Source: Oscillospiraceae bacterium (GTDB taxonomy: Bacteria; Bacillota; Clostridia; Oscillospirales; Oscillospiraceae). Taken from it: 64,000 nt of DNA. Shown here in pieces: positions 10,262 to 21,250 of the stretch; the stretch's first letter is position 1, and every line of letters starts with the position of its first letter. The stretch is from contig JAHHSH010000001.1 of the NCBI GenBank assembly GCA_020025345.1, positions 21,555-85,554 of the forward strand. Reading direction: 5' to 3'. The notes beneath the pieces were generated by a model, which was not told the origin of the DNA, made no database searches, and saw nothing but the letters and a program-made list of their open reading frames with translations. The position numbers were made by a program, and so were the translations under genes.

Positions 10262-11430
10262 AGATGCAAATTTCCTTTCAAAGTGCCCAGTTGTTGACGC
10301 ACAGCTTCCCGTGCAGCACGGTCTGCTTCCAGTATATCCTGCAAACACGGCTGATATTTCACTTCTATGCGATTTAAGGCACCCTCCACCAAGCGGTGGA
10401 TGTCGTTAAAACCGGTTTCACGGCGCAAAAAGGCCATCACTGCCTCCTCATTGGCGCCGTTCATAATGGCGCAGGCGGTGCCGCCTGTCTTGCCGCACGC
10501 CCGGGCAATGCGCAGGCAGGGAAACGCCTCCAGATCCGGGGCATGGAACGTCAGCTCGCCACAGGTGAGAAGATCCAACTTCCGATCCGGGGACGCAGCG
10601 CGGTTGGGCCATGTAAAGGCGTAGCGAATGGGCAGCTTCATATCCGGCGTACCCAGCTGGGCAATCATAGCGCCGTCCCGGTACTCCACCAGAGAATGAA
10701 CAATACTCTGGCGGTGGATCACTGCATCCACCTGCTCCACCGGCAGACGGTAGAGCCGCATGGCCTCGATGATCTCCAGCCCCTTATTCATCAGCGTTGC
10801 CGAGTCGATGGTGATCTTCGCGCCCATCGACCAGTTGGGATGTTTGAGCGCATCCTCCGGGCGAACAGACTCCAGCTGCTCGTGGCTCCACCCGAAGAAG
10901 GGGCCGCCGGAGCAGGTCAGAATCAGACGGGTCACCTCATTGCGATCCCGGCAACCCTGCAAGCTCTGGAAAATAGCGGAGTGCTCCGAGTCCACCGGCA
11001 CGATTTCCGCGCCGCATCGGTCGGCCTCTGCCATCACCAGTTCACCGGCGCAGACCAGTGTCTCCTTATTGGCAAGGGCGATCCGCTTTTTTTCACGAAT
11101 GGCCGCCAGCGTAGGCTCCAGACCCACGCTGCCCACCACAGCCGTGACCACGGTATCCGCCTGCGGCAATTTCGCAGCCTTCAAAAGCCCCTCCGAGCCG
11201 GAGGCCACCTCCACGTCCAGATCATCGATCCGCTGACGCAGCTCCTTGGCCGCCTCCTCACTGTACATCACCGCCAAGGCGGGATGAAATTCCCGCACCT
11301 GCTTTTCCATCAGCTCCACCTGGGAATTGGCCGTCAGCGCAGCAACGCTTAACCCCAGTTCCCGTACTACTTCCAGCGTCTGCCGACCGATCGAGCCGGT
11401 AGACCCCAGAAGAGAAATTGTTTTTGTCAT
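10258..11430 (-). CDS. dxr: 1-deoxy-D-xylulose-5-phosphate reductoisomerase
   Basis: LGSTGSIG, LANKE, PVDSEH and HPNWSMGAKITIDSATLMNKGLE. Confidence 0.98.
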   Translation of the reverse strand: MTKTISLLGSTGSIGRQTLEVVRELGLSVAALTANSQVELMEKQVREFHPALAVMYSEEAAKELRQRIDDLDVEVASGSEGLLKAAKLPQADTVVTAVVGSVGLEPTLAAIREKKRIALANKETLVCAGELVMAEADRCGAEIVPVDSEHSAIFQSLQGCRDRNEVTRLILTCSGGPFFGWSHEQLESVRPEDALKHPNWSMGAKITIDSATLMNKGLEIIEAMRLYRLPVEQVDAVIHRQSIVHSLVEYRDGAMIAQLGTPDMKLPIRYAFTWPNRAASPDRKLDLLTCGELTFHAPDLEAFPCLRIARACGKTGGTACAIMNGANEEAVMAFLRRETGFNDIHRLVEGALNRIEVKYQPCLQDILEADRAAREAVRQQLGTLKGNLHL

Positions 11431-11440
11431 AGCTTACTCC

Positions 11441-12289
11441 TTAGAGCGTCACATAGCTCATAATGATCCAGACAATGGGTGCCGTGAAAATCACGCTGTC
11501 GAACCGATCCAGCACACCGCCGTGACCGGGCAGCAGACGACCGTAGTCCTTGATTCCGTACTGGCGCTTGATGAGCGAAAAGCTCAAATCGCCCAGCTGG
11601 CCCATGGCAGCACCCAGCAGGCCCAGCAGCAGACACCAGAGGATATTCAGCGGGCGCAGCGTGCACAGCTGGAAGATCACGCGGAAGATCAGCATACCCA
11701 GCATGCCGCCCAGAAGGCCGCCAATGGCACCCTCCACCGTCTTTTTGGGGCTGACCTTCGGCGAGAGCTTATGCTTGCCGCAGGCCATGCCGGCAAAGAG
11801 CGCCATGGTATCACTGCAAAACGCCGCCACCAGAGGGATCATTACAAGTCCATTGCCGTCGGGCAGCAGACGCAGCCGCAAAAGGCAGCTCAGCGCGCCG
11901 GGAATCACGAAACCCGCCACCAGCACGGCGCAGATGTCCGTAAATGACATTGTTTGCGCTCCGCCGTATTCCGCCACAGCCAGCATAAAGGCCCCTACCA
12001 CCAGTGCTGTCAGCACAAAGAGGAAAAAGGTCCCCACTGCCTCCATAGACGTTCCCGCAAACTGAGGCGCCTGTCCGTAGACCATCCACACCAGAGCGAC
12101 GCCCATGGTGGCAGAAACCCAGAACCAGCGTCTGGTCTTGTCCACACCGCAGACAGCCGTCAGCAGTTCGTGGGCACCTACAATACTCAAAAGGCTCACC
12201 AAAATTGCGGTCGCCCAATCGGGTGCCGCCACCAGCACAGCCAGCAGCAAAGGCACACCCACCACGGCCACCAGAATTCTTTGCTTCAT
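11441..12289 (-). CDS. cdsA: Phosphatidate cytidylyltransferase
   Basis: SPKKTVEG and KDYGRLLPGHGGVLDRFDS. Confidence 0.97.
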   Translation of the reverse strand: MKQRILVAVVGVPLLLAVLVAAPDWATAILVSLLSIVGAHELLTAVCGVDKTRRWFWVSATMGVALVWMVYGQAPQFAGTSMEAVGTFFLFVLTALVVGAFMLAVAEYGGAQTMSFTDICAVLVAGFVIPGALSCLLRLRLLPDGNGLVMIPLVAAFCSDTMALFAGMACGKHKLSPKVSPKKTVEGAIGGLLGGMLGMLIFRVIFQLCTLRPLNILWCLLLGLLGAAMGQLGDLSFSLIKRQYGIKDYGRLLPGHGGVLDRFDSVIFTAPIVWIIMSYVTL

Positions 12290-12298
12290 TGTATCACC

Positions 12299-13054
12299 TT
12301 ATTTCTTCACACCGCCAAAGCGGCGATCACGCTTTTGATAGTCGATAATGGCCGCATCCAACGTCTGTTCCGTAAAATCCGGCCAGAGCGTATCACAGAA
12401 GTAAAACTCGGAATAGGCACACTGCCACAACAGGAAGTTGCTCAGCCGGATCTCGCCGCTGGGGCGGATGATCAGCTCCGGGTCGGGGATTCCGGCAGAG
12501 AACATATAGCCGGAGAACATCTCCTCCGTCAGCTCCTCCGGCTTCTTCTCCCCGTCTACACAGGCCTGCGCAAAGCTGCGGGCTGCCCGCAGCAGCTCGT
12601 CCCTCCCACCGTAGTTCAGGCAGATATTGGCCTGAAAGCCGTGGATATGGCTGGAAATATTGTTGGTGCGCTGCACCATTTCCTGAATATCGGCAGGAAT
12701 CGCGCTCATATCGCCGAAGAATTTCAGCCGGATCTGATCGCGCTCCATAGAGTCGATGGCCTCCACCATGTACTTCTTCAAAAGCCCCATGATGGTGCTC
12801 ACTTCCTCCACCGGGCGCTTCCAGTTCTCCGTGGAGAAGGCGTATACCGTCAAATATTCCACGCCCAGATCCTTGCAGTAAGTAGCAATTTTGCGGAACA
12901 CCTCTGCGCCCACCTTATGTCCGGCAGTGCGAGGCAGACCACGCTGCTTCGCCCAACGACCATTGCCGTCCATAATAATAGCGATATGGCGGGGAAGGCG
13001 GCTCATGTCCACCTGCCCCGCCGTCTCCGCCTTCTTGGAATCAAAAAGACCCAT
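12299..13054 (-). CDS. uppS: Undecaprenyl diphosphate synthase
   Basis: HIAIIMDGNGRWA, FSTENWKR and RLSNFLLWQ. Confidence 0.98.
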   Translation of the reverse strand: MGLFDSKKAETAGQVDMSRLPRHIAIIMDGNGRWAKQRGLPRTAGHKVGAEVFRKIATYCKDLGVEYLTVYAFSTENWKRPVEEVSTIMGLLKKYMVEAIDSMERDQIRLKFFGDMSAIPADIQEMVQRTNNISSHIHGFQANICLNYGGRDELLRAARSFAQACVDGEKKPEELTEEMFSGYMFSAGIPDPELIIRPSGEIRLSNFLLWQCAYSEFYFCDTLWPDFTEQTLDAAIIDYQKRDRRFGGVKK

Positions 13055-13608
13055 TAGACGGACATCAGTTCCTTTTCCTTATTTACCAAAAGGGTATCGA
13101 GCTGCTTGCAGCTGTCGTCAGTCAGCTTCTGCAGTTCCTTTTCTGCGCTCTTCAGCTCATCCTCGGTGATCTCGGAGGCTTTCTGCATCTTCTTGAAATG
13201 ATCCAAGGCATCGCGGCGGACATTGCGCACAGCCACCTTGCCGTTCTCGGTGTACTTGTGGATCTGCTTGACCAGCTCCTTACGACGCTCCTCGGTCAGC
13301 TGGGGGAACACCAGACGGATGGACTTGCCATCGTTGGTGGGATTGATGCCCAGATCGGACTCCTGAATAGCCTTTTCAATACCGCGCACAGCCGTGGCGT
13401 CCCAAGGGGCGATCACCAGCGTACGGGCGTCAGGAGAGGAAATGGATGCGATCTGCTGGATGGGGGTGGGGGTTCCATAGTAATCTACGTTAATACGGTT
13501 AAGCACGCCTGCGTTGGCGCGACCTGCACGCACGGAGTCAAAATCTTTCACGACAGCCTCAATGCTCTTTTTCATTTTTTCCTCATATGCTTTGAATTCA
13601 GATTTCAT
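13054..13608 (-). CDS. frr: Ribosome recycling factor
   Basis: RAGRAN, DLGINP and LTEERRKELVK; start at MKSEF; TAATG coupling to uppS. Confidence 0.97.
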   Translation of the reverse strand: MKSEFKAYEEKMKKSIEAVVKDFDSVRAGRANAGVLNRINVDYYGTPTPIQQIASISSPDARTLVIAPWDATAVRGIEKAIQESDLGINPTNDGKSIRLVFPQLTEERRKELVKQIHKYTENGKVAVRNVRRDALDHFKKMQKASEITEDELKSAEKELQKLTDDSCKQLDTLLVNKEKELMSV

Positions 13609-13681
13609 GATGTCTCTTTCCTTTCCTCTTATGTCGGGCGGCGGCTCCATCTGTGCGCCGCTATTTTCAAACTGGTACGTC

Positions 13682-14401
13682 TTAGCCCTCGTGAACGATG
13701 GTGCCGATCTTCTCACCCTTCAGTACGCGGATGATGTTGTAAGGATCCTTCAGCGCAAATACCAGCACCGGAATATGGTTATCCATGGAAAGACTGGTAG
13801 CGGTAGAGTCCATGACAGCCAGATGCTGTGCCAGCACATCATCATAGGTGATGACGTCGAACTTCCGTGCATCGGCGTTCTTCGCCGGGTCAGAGTCGTA
13901 GACGCCGTCGATGTTCTTGGCCAGCAAAATGACCTCAGCGCCGATCTCCGCCGCACGCAGCACAGCTGCCGTATCGGTGGAGAAGAAGGGGTTACCGGTA
14001 CCGCAGCCGAAGATCACAACGCGGCCCTTTTCCAGATGACGAATGGCTCTTGCGCGGATATAGGGCTCTGCCACGGCACGAATCTCCAGCGCCGTCTGGA
14101 TGCGCACATCCACGCCCTTCTGCTCCAGCACATCGGCCATGGCCATGCAGTTCATAGCCGTGGCCAGCATACCCATATGGTCAGCACGGGTACGCTCGAT
14201 GTAGCCCTCGCCGTTCTTGACGCCGCGCCAGAAGTTACCGCCGCCGATGACGACACCCACCTGCACGCCCATTTCCACGCACTCGCGGATAACCTCAGCC
14301 ACACGGCCCATTACCTCAAAATCCAGACCGAACTTCTTCTCGCCGGCCAATGCCTCGCCGCTGATTTTCAGCAGCACTCGCTTATATTTCGGTGTCTCCA
14401 T
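13682..14401 (-). CDS. pyrH: UMP kinase
   Basis: [19 protein letters not shown] and [17 protein letters not shown]. Confidence 0.98.
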   Translation of the reverse strand: METPKYKRVLLKISGEALAGEKKFGLDFEVMGRVAEVIRECVEMGVQVGVVIGGGNFWRGVKNGEGYIERTRADHMGMLATAMNCMAMADVLEQKGVDVRIQTALEIRAVAEPYIRARAIRHLEKGRVVIFGCGTGNPFFSTDTAAVLRAAEIGAEVILLAKNIDGVYDSDPAKNADARKFDVITYDDVLAQHLAVMDSTATSLSMDNHIPVLVFALKDPYNIIRVLKGEKIGTIVHEG

Positions 14402-14580
14402 GACATACTCCTCCACATTTTATGATCTATAGTATTGTACCTTATTTCTCCTCTTTTGCATAGGGGGTAAATGTAAATTTTCCGCCCAATTTCCCTTTTG
14501 TCCGCGAGAAATCCCCGTCTGCGCCCCTTGTCCTCCATGCTCCATCTATGGTATGATTGTGGAAAAGTGAGGGTCGCATC

Positions 14581-15225
14581 ATGGAAATCATTCACATAGA
14601 CAAGCGCATACTGGTGGCCGTCAAGCCCAACGGCGTACTGAGCACCGACGAGAGCGGCGGTATGCCGCAGCTGCTGCGCGAGCAGCTGGGCGATCCCAAG
14701 GCCTGCGTCCGTACAGTGCATCGGCTGGACGCCGCTGTCGGCGGCTTGATGGTCTTTGCCCGCTCCGCCAAGGCCGCCTCCCTGTTGGGTCAGCAGATGC
14801 AGGAACGCCGCTTTCACAAGGAATATCTGGCCGTCGTCCACGGCACGCCGCCCTCCTCCGGAGAGCTGCGGGATCTCTTGGGACGGGACAAGGTGCGGCG
14901 CATCACCTATGTGGCGGAGGAGCCGGGAAAGGACGTGCGTCCCGCTCTTCTGGACTACCAAGTGCTGGACAGCCACAACGATCTGTCACTGGTTCGTATC
15001 GTTCTCCACACCGGGCGCACCCACCAGATCCGGGTACAATTCGCCTCCCGTGGCTGGCCGCTGGTGGGTGATCGCAAGTACGGCTCCTGCGCCGACGGAG
15101 ATTTTCCCATCGCCCTGTGGTCATGGCGTCTCCGCTTCGCCCACCCGGAGAGTGGGGAAACGATGGAATTCTCCGCCCTGCCGCCGCACAGTGGCCCGTG
15201 GTGGGGCTTTACCATGCCTACTTAA
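14581..15225 (+). CDS. RluA-family pseudouridine synthase
   Basis: VKPNG, HRLD, TGRTHQIRVQ and GDRKYG motifs. Confidence 0.95.
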   Translation: MEIIHIDKRILVAVKPNGVLSTDESGGMPQLLREQLGDPKACVRTVHRLDAAVGGLMVFARSAKAASLLGQQMQERRFHKEYLAVVHGTPPSSGELRDLLGRDKVRRITYVAEEPGKDVRPALLDYQVLDSHNDLSLVRIVLHTGRTHQIRVQFASRGWPLVGDRKYGSCADGDFPIALWSWRLRFAHPESGETMEFSALPPHSGPWWGFTMPT

Positions 15226-15461
15226 ACGCAAAAGAGGTCCGCCCGAAGGCGAACACCCATAATGACACAAAGTGAACTAGGGTAAGCCCCATACGGAATG
15301 TGCCTGAGAAACTCCGACTGTATCACCACAGTCGGAGTTTTTCCTATGACTTCCCACAGTTCTATGTCAAATATCATTCGATAAACAAAAAGCAGGTGCC
15401 GGAAACTCCCGACACCTGCTCGTTCTGTTTGTATGTATTCTCTCTGCGTTTTATTGGATGG

Positions 15462-16172
15462 TCAATCCTCATACTCTCGGAAAGTCTTTGCGATCTTATC
15501 TGCCATTTCCTCAATGTCAATTCGATCAGTACCATCGGGCTTGTCGATGACCATAATGTAGATGGGATATCCATCCTTAATCAGGCTGTATGCTACAAAA
15601 TCAGCACTTTCATAGGGCAGGGGAAATTGGTGTGTCAACTCAATGGCACCCTTTTGCTTGCACATCTCCCATCCGTTAACGGTTACATTTTCCTTGCTGT
15701 CAATTCGGACGGTATATTCGTCAGCACGATGCAGTATGCTCTCAAGGCACGCAGCTGTCTGCTTCTTCATATTTTCAAGGACATCTTCCGCTTTCGTGAT
15801 ATTTTTGAGATCGACGTCGTAATATTCGTCAGAGGATCGCTCCAGATACTGGTCGTAGATAACAGCGTAGGAAGCAGTCTCAACCTTAAAGGAAGTGCGG
15901 TTTCTCTTGACAAGTGCAAAAGGAGCATCCGCACAATATTCCGCTGCGGTCTGATTTACTCTAACAACACCCTCCAGCTCAGGAAATTCTTCGTAGGGGT
16001 GCTCGACATTCTTAGAATTTTCTTTTGATTCAGTAGAACCGGAATTCTGAGAGGATGTTTCGCTTTGAGGCTGACTTGTTCCTTCGCCGCCGGATGGTTG
16101 GTCTTTGCTACCGCAAGCGGCAAGAGACAGGCAGAGTGTAAGCGCAAGCAGCATAGAAAGTAATCTTTTCAT
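15462..16172 (-). CDS. Hypothetical lipoprotein
   Basis: Signal peptide with lipobox LAAC, Ser/Gln/Glu-rich linker; more AT-rich than its neighbours. Confidence 0.85.
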   Translation of the reverse strand: MKRLLSMLLALTLCLSLAACGSKDQPSGGEGTSQPQSETSSQNSGSTESKENSKNVEHPYEEFPELEGVVRVNQTAAEYCADAPFALVKRNRTSFKVETASYAVIYDQYLERSSDEYYDVDLKNITKAEDVLENMKKQTAACLESILHRADEYTVRIDSKENVTVNGWEMCKQKGAIELTHQFPLPYESADFVAYSLIKDGYPIYIMVIDKPDGTDRIDIEEMADKIAKTFREYED

Positions 16173-16634
16173 AAGAACCTCCTTTTGTATCTGGTGAAAT
16201 CCGTCAAAACAATAAAAAATATCCTTTGCTTAACCACAAAAAGGATATCATAAATAAACGGTTTTTTCAACACAATTCAATTAACTTGTGTATTTACACA
16301 AAGCCCGATTTCCTGCATCGTGCATATCTGCCAAAGACTTCTTCGCCGTCGGTAAGTTTTCCCCATTGAGGAAGAGCCCGCATCACATTTGTCTGGACAT
16401 GGTGCATAGTCCCCAATCCAGCCAAACACCGCTGACCAGACAGAAGCCTAGACCCCCTTTTACCTGCTGCACAGGAAAAGGTTGCCAGTAAACCGCAAGA
16501 ACACGAGACTGCATAACAGGAAAAGGGCGGCTGTGCCACAGCACAAACCGCCCACCACGGGAAAGATTCTTCAATTGTATAGGGGCTCAGAATGTGTCCC
16601 TATGGAACGCCGCCTAATCGGACAGTTCTCTTTT

Positions 16635-17813
16635 TTATGCTTCCGCGGAACTGCGGTATTTCTGCTCTATACTCTCACCTAAAGAGCGCCAGTACTGGCC
16701 TACGCTTTTCCACAGGCCTTCCCCCATCTCTGCCGCCAGACGCAGCAAAATCTGCGCAACCAGCTTCCGCTTTTTCTCGTCAGCACCAACGTATTCCCGC
16801 AGCAGCGCCACGCCGCCGGATAAACCGCCCTCGCGCAGGTCATCCAGCGTCTTGGCCTTGCCGCCCATGCTGAGAATACTGTAAAAGGCCTCGGTGAACT
16901 CCTGCCGCTCCTGCATACTCATATCCGCCAGCCACTCACGGATGGCGCCGTCAGAAGCCTTCGCCGTTTCCGCCCGCTGCGCGCTGCGGCAAAACTGCCT
17001 GCCCAGCACATTCCACGAGAGGGGTTCATGCTGCATAAGGGCCCGGTTGGAGCTGTCGATCAGCTCATAGTCCTCGGTGTGCTCCAGCAGCATCCCTACC
17101 AGCGAAGATTCCGGAATGAAGGTGTGGATCTTCTCCGCCACGCGGCGGTACTCCTCCGATGCCAGCACACTCCGGTCAAAGCCGGGGCCGTCGTTGTTGT
17201 ACGCTGCCAGCAGGCGCTTACGCTGCAGCTTTTCCGGCAGATGCATCGCCGCCCAGGCCGCCAGATTGCCGCCCTTGGAGTGACCGCCCAGCCGCAGCTT
17301 TCGCCGCGGGCAGCATTTCAATACCTCCTCGGCATATTCCGTGGCACGCAGCTGCGCCGGAACCGCCGTGAGGAAGCTCATGTTGAAATCCTCCTGCCAG
17401 CCCACCAGCGTGGTATCCGTGCCGCGATAGGCGGCAAAGACGCTGCCATCCGGCAGCAGGAAGGAGACGGCAGCAAATTGCATCACTTTCTCCTCGTCGA
17501 TGCTGCTCTCAAAGGCAAACATCTTCACGTCACGGAACCGGGGCGTGGCCGCCATGGCACGCATCACCGGGATATATTCCTCTTCGGAAAGACCCAACTG
17601 CTCATCCTTCTCTGTCAACAATCCACAGACTTCCCCGATAGACATAGCGTCCACCGGCTTGTAGCTGCGCAGCCGAACAATCCGCTGAAAATCAATATAG
17701 GAAACAATGCACAAAAGCAGGTTATCCACTTCATTAAAACCATCTTGGGCAAAGGTCAGATCCCCACGCCACGCAAGATAGTCCCGCACGGTTGTTTTCT
17801 TTCTTTCCGCCAT
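16635..17813 (-). CDS. DUF2974/Mbeg1-like alpha/beta hydrolase
   Basis: YLAWRGDL, AYRGTDTTLVGWQEDF, GHSKGGNLA nucleophile elbow and DGPGF. Confidence 0.9.
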   Translation of the reverse strand: MAERKKTTVRDYLAWRGDLTFAQDGFNEVDNLLLCIVSYIDFQRIVRLRSYKPVDAMSIGEVCGLLTEKDEQLGLSEEEYIPVMRAMAATPRFRDVKMFAFESSIDEEKVMQFAAVSFLLPDGSVFAAYRGTDTTLVGWQEDFNMSFLTAVPAQLRATEYAEEVLKCCPRRKLRLGGHSKGGNLAAWAAMHLPEKLQRKRLLAAYNNDGPGFDRSVLASEEYRRVAEKIHTFIPESSLVGMLLEHTEDYELIDSSNRALMQHEPLSWNVLGRQFCRSAQRAETAKASDGAIREWLADMSMQERQEFTEAFYSILSMGGKAKTLDDLREGGLSGGVALLREYVGADEKKRKLVAQILLRLAAEMGEGLWKSVGQYWRSLGESIEQKYRSSAEA

Positions 17814-17939
17814 AGCATCCCCTCCTGTTTTTTCTTATTTTATCATAGTTGATTTAGGGAAACAAGCGGCTTTTCATTCCTTGAAATCACTTTACCGGCA
17901 AATAAAAAAGGCGGCATACGCCGCCTTTTTTATTTGCTT

Positions 17940-18287
17940 TTAGCCCGGAGGCCAGGTCATATCGCGCCCGGAAAGCACATGGAAGTGCAGGTGCTTCACC
18001 GTCTGGCCTGCCTGATCGCCGCAGTTATTCACCACACGGTAGCTCTCACAGCCCAGCTCCGCGCAGATCTTGGCAATCACCTCAAAGCAATGGGCCACAA
18101 TGCTGCTGTTGTCCGCCGTAATCTTGGCAGCGCAGCAAATGTGCTCCTTGGGCACCACCAAAAAGTGGACCGGAGCCTGCGGCTCAATGTCGTAGAAAGC
18201 ATAGCACAGCTCGTCCTCATAGACCTTGTTGGAGGGGATCTCCCCGCCGACGATCTTGCAGAACAGGCAGTTAGGATCTGTATGCAT
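17940..18287 (-). CDS. Histidine triad (HIT) nucleotide-binding protein
   Basis: CLFCKI and GQTVKHLHFH. Confidence 0.96.
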   Translation of the reverse strand: MHTDPNCLFCKIVGGEIPSNKVYEDELCYAFYDIEPQAPVHFLVVPKEHICCAAKITADNSSIVAHCFEVIAKICAELGCESYRVVNNCGDQAGQTVKHLHFHVLSGRDMTWPPG

Positions 18288-18339
18288 CGTTCACCGCTCC
18301 TTTCTCAAATTTTGTATATAAATCTTGTTTTTTTGCGTT

Positions 18340-20979
18340 TTATTTCACCTTTTCGGCCACAAAATCATCCACAGCAGCCAGTGCATCGTCGATCTTCAGC
18401 ACTTCCGTACCGCCACCCATAGCGCTGTCGGGCTTGCCGCCGCCGCGGCCGCCAACAATAGGCGCAATGTTCTTAATGAGGTCGCCGGCCTTGACGCCAC
18501 GGGCAATGGCTTCCTTGCCGCATACGGCCAGCAGCGTCACCTTGCCCTCATGAGCGCAGGCCATCACGCCCACCACCAGCGGATCCTTATCCCGCAGGAA
18601 GTCGCCCATCTTGCGCATGGTGTTGTTATCCATATCGGAGCGCTGTACCGTCACCACATGGAGGCCGCTGACCTCCTTGGCGCCCATCAGGCACTGACGG
18701 GCATCGCCCAGGCAGGCCTCAGCGCGCATCTGATCGAGTGCATGGCGCATTTCCTTCATCTCTGCCACCTGCTGATCCAGCTTGGCACACAGCTCACCGG
18801 GATTGGTCTTCAGCGTCTGTGCCGCACGGAACAGGCGCTCCTGATTGCGGTTCATGACCTCCAGAGACAGCTTACCCACGGTCGCCTCAATACGGCGCAC
18901 GCCGGAGGCCACAGAGCCCTCGGACTTAATACGGAACGCGCCCACCTTGGCGGTGTTGCTGGTATGAGTACCGCCGCAGAACTCCATGGACACATCGCCC
19001 ATTTCCACCACGCGGACCACATCGCCGTACTTCTCGCCGAACATAGCCACAGCGCCCTTCTTCTTGGCCTCCTCGATGGGCAGCACCTCGGTGACGACCT
19101 CCGTGCCATCCAGCACGCTGTTGTTCACCAGCAGATCGATCTCCGCCAGCTGCTCGGGCGTAATACCCTCAAAGTGGGTAAAGTCGAAGCGCAGACGATC
19201 CGGCTCCACCAGAGAACCGGCCTGATGCACATGGTCGCCCAGCACCTTCTTCAATGCTGCGTGCAGCAGATGGGTGGCGCTGTGGGCGCGGCGGATGGCG
19301 TTGCGGCGCTCCTTATCAAAGGAGACAGTGCACACATCGCCGCTCCGAAGCACACCGCGGGCCACCTGACCGTAGTGCAGGTACTTGCCGCCCTGATTCT
19401 TCTGGACGTTGCTCACCGTGAACTCGCCCTCCGGGCCGCAGATCACGCCGTGGTCGGCCACCTGACCGCCCATCTCGGCGTACATGACCGTGCGATCCAA
19501 CACCACGATGGCATCCACACCGGCAACGATCTCACTGCGCTCCTCCTCGTCAGAGAGGATGGCCAGCACCTTGCCCTCGGTCACATCCTTGTCATAGCCC
19601 TCAAACTCGGTGGCAGGCATATCCTTGCCCAGCTCCACACCGGCCCAGCCCAGATCACCCAGAGCCTTGCGAGCCTCACGGGCGCGCTCCTTCTGCTCCT
19701 GCATGAGGGCGTGGAATGCCTCCTCGTCCACGGTCATATTCTCCTCTTCCACCATCTCCATGGTCAGATCAATGGGGAAGCCATAGGTGTCGTACAGCTT
19801 AAAGGCGTCAGCGCCGGAGAACACCGTCTCGCCGCTGGCCTTATGCCCCTCCAGCATCTCGTTGTAGATGCGCATACCACCGTCGATGGTGCGGGCAAAG
19901 TTCTCCTCCTCCGTACGGATGACCTTGGTGATATAGGCCTGCTTCTCCCGCAGATCGGGGTACTGACCCTCGTTCTCGTGGATGACGGTATCCACCACCT
20001 CATAGAGGAAGGGATTCTCCACACCAAGGAGCTTACCATGGCGGGCAGCGCGGCGCAGCAGACGGCGCAGCACATAGCCGCGGCCCTCATTGCTGGGCAG
20101 CACGCCGTCGCAGATCATGAAGGTAGCAGAACGGATATGGTCGGTGATCACACGCAGGGAAACATCCCGCTTCTCGGTCTGGCCATAGTAAGCGCCGGTC
20201 AGTTCGGACACCTTGTTTGTGATATTCATCACCGTATCCACATCAAAGAGGGAGTTCACGTTCTGGCAGGCCACTGCCAAACGCTCCAGGCCCATGCCGG
20301 TATCGATATTCTTCTGGACAAGGTCGGTGTAGTTGCCCTGTCCGTCGTTATCGAACTGGGAGAACACATTGTTCCAGATCTCCATATAACGGTCGCACTC
20401 GCAGCCCACGGTGCAGCCGGGCTTGCCGCAGCCGTACTCGGGTCCGCGGTCGTAGTACACCTCGGAGCAGGGGCCGCAGGGGCCGGAGCCGTGCTCCCAG
20501 AAGTTGTCCTCCTTGCCGAAACGGAAGATGCGCTCGACAGGAATGCCGATCTCATCGTGCCAGATGTGGAATGCCTCGTCATCGTCCTGATAGATGGAGG
20601 GGTACAGACGGTCGGCCTCCAGGCCCACTACCTCCGTCAGGAACTCCCAGCACCAATGCAGGGCATCATGCTTGAAGTAGTCGCCGAAAGAGAAGTTACC
20701 CAGCATCTCAAAATAGGTACCGTGGCGGGCCGTCTTACCCACGTTGTCAATATCGCCGGTGCGGATGCACTTCTGGCAGGTACAGACACGGCGGCGGGGC
20801 GGCTCCTCCTCACCCTTGAACCAGGGCTTCATGGGGGTCATGCCGGCGTTGATGAGCAGGATGGACTTGTCACCCTGAGGCACCAGAGAAAAGCTAGGCA
20901 GGCGCAGATGGCCCTTGCTCTCAAAGAAGCTGAGGAACATCTCACGCAGTTCATTTACTCCGTGATAGGGATGGGACAT
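18340..20979 (-). CDS. alaS: Alanine--tRNA ligase
   Basis: NAGM, FEMLGNFSFGDYFK, editing HSATH/CGGTH, DHHA1 GGRGGG; start at MSHPY. Confidence 0.99.
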   Translation of the reverse strand: MSHPYHGVNELREMFLSFFESKGHLRLPSFSLVPQGDKSILLINAGMTPMKPWFKGEEEPPRRRVCTCQKCIRTGDIDNVGKTARHGTYFEMLGNFSFGDYFKHDALHWCWEFLTEVVGLEADRLYPSIYQDDDEAFHIWHDEIGIPVERIFRFGKEDNFWEHGSGPCGPCSEVYYDRGPEYGCGKPGCTVGCECDRYMEIWNNVFSQFDNDGQGNYTDLVQKNIDTGMGLERLAVACQNVNSLFDVDTVMNITNKVSELTGAYYGQTEKRDVSLRVITDHIRSATFMICDGVLPSNEGRGYVLRRLLRRAARHGKLLGVENPFLYEVVDTVIHENEGQYPDLREKQAYITKVIRTEEENFARTIDGGMRIYNEMLEGHKASGETVFSGADAFKLYDTYGFPIDLTMEMVEEENMTVDEEAFHALMQEQKERAREARKALGDLGWAGVELGKDMPATEFEGYDKDVTEGKVLAILSDEEERSEIVAGVDAIVVLDRTVMYAEMGGQVADHGVICGPEGEFTVSNVQKNQGGKYLHYGQVARGVLRSGDVCTVSFDKERRNAIRRAHSATHLLHAALKKVLGDHVHQAGSLVEPDRLRFDFTHFEGITPEQLAEIDLLVNNSVLDGTEVVTEVLPIEEAKKKGAVAMFGEKYGDVVRVVEMGDVSMEFCGGTHTSNTAKVGAFRIKSEGSVASGVRRIEATVGKLSLEVMNRNQERLFRAAQTLKTNPGELCAKLDQQVAEMKEMRHALDQMRAEACLGDARQCLMGAKEVSGLHVVTVQRSDMDNNTMRKMGDFLRDKDPLVVGVMACAHEGKVTLLAVCGKEAIARGVKAGDLIKNIAPIVGGRGGGKPDSAMGGGTEVLKIDDALAAVDDFVAEKVK

Positions 20980-21017
20980 AGTGGTTCTCTCCTTTATCGT
21001 AGAAAATTTAAATACTG

Positions 21018-21250
21018 CAAAAAAATAGACCTCCACCCACACATAGGGGCGAAGATCTCTTCACGGTACCACCCTAATTTGACAGCCAAAGGCCATCATC
21101 TCAGTCATCCGATAACGGGGATGGGGCGTACCGCTCCTCGCGGTCAGCTCAGAAGTGGCTGCCGTATCTCCGACACCTGACGGGCTTGCACCCTCCCCGT
21201 CTCGCTGTCCGGGCGGAAAAAACGGCTCGTTTCCTCACAGCATTTCTGAT
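21018..21250 (-). promoter_or_regulatory. T-box riboswitch (Ala, likely GCC specifier) upstream of alaS
   Basis: T-box AATTAGGGTGGTACCGTG (within 21060-21079), Stem I GGTGCAA T-loop, specifier GCC at 21159-21157, terminator with U run; TTGACA-N16-TAAAAT promoter at 21287-21260. Confidence 0.93.

Noticed and set aside
15226..15425. tRNA or sRNA between the RluA gene and the lipoprotein
   Set aside because: No cloverleaf or T-loop; the hairpins are explained as terminators of convergent genes
16400..16500. c-di-GMP riboswitch upstream of the lipoprotein
   Set aside because: Only a partial GGCAAC resemblance; the GAAA tetraloop and GCAAAG elements are missing
18325..21180. 951-aa plus-strand ORF
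   Set aside because: Antisense shadow of alaS caused by biased codon usage; no motifs or RBS
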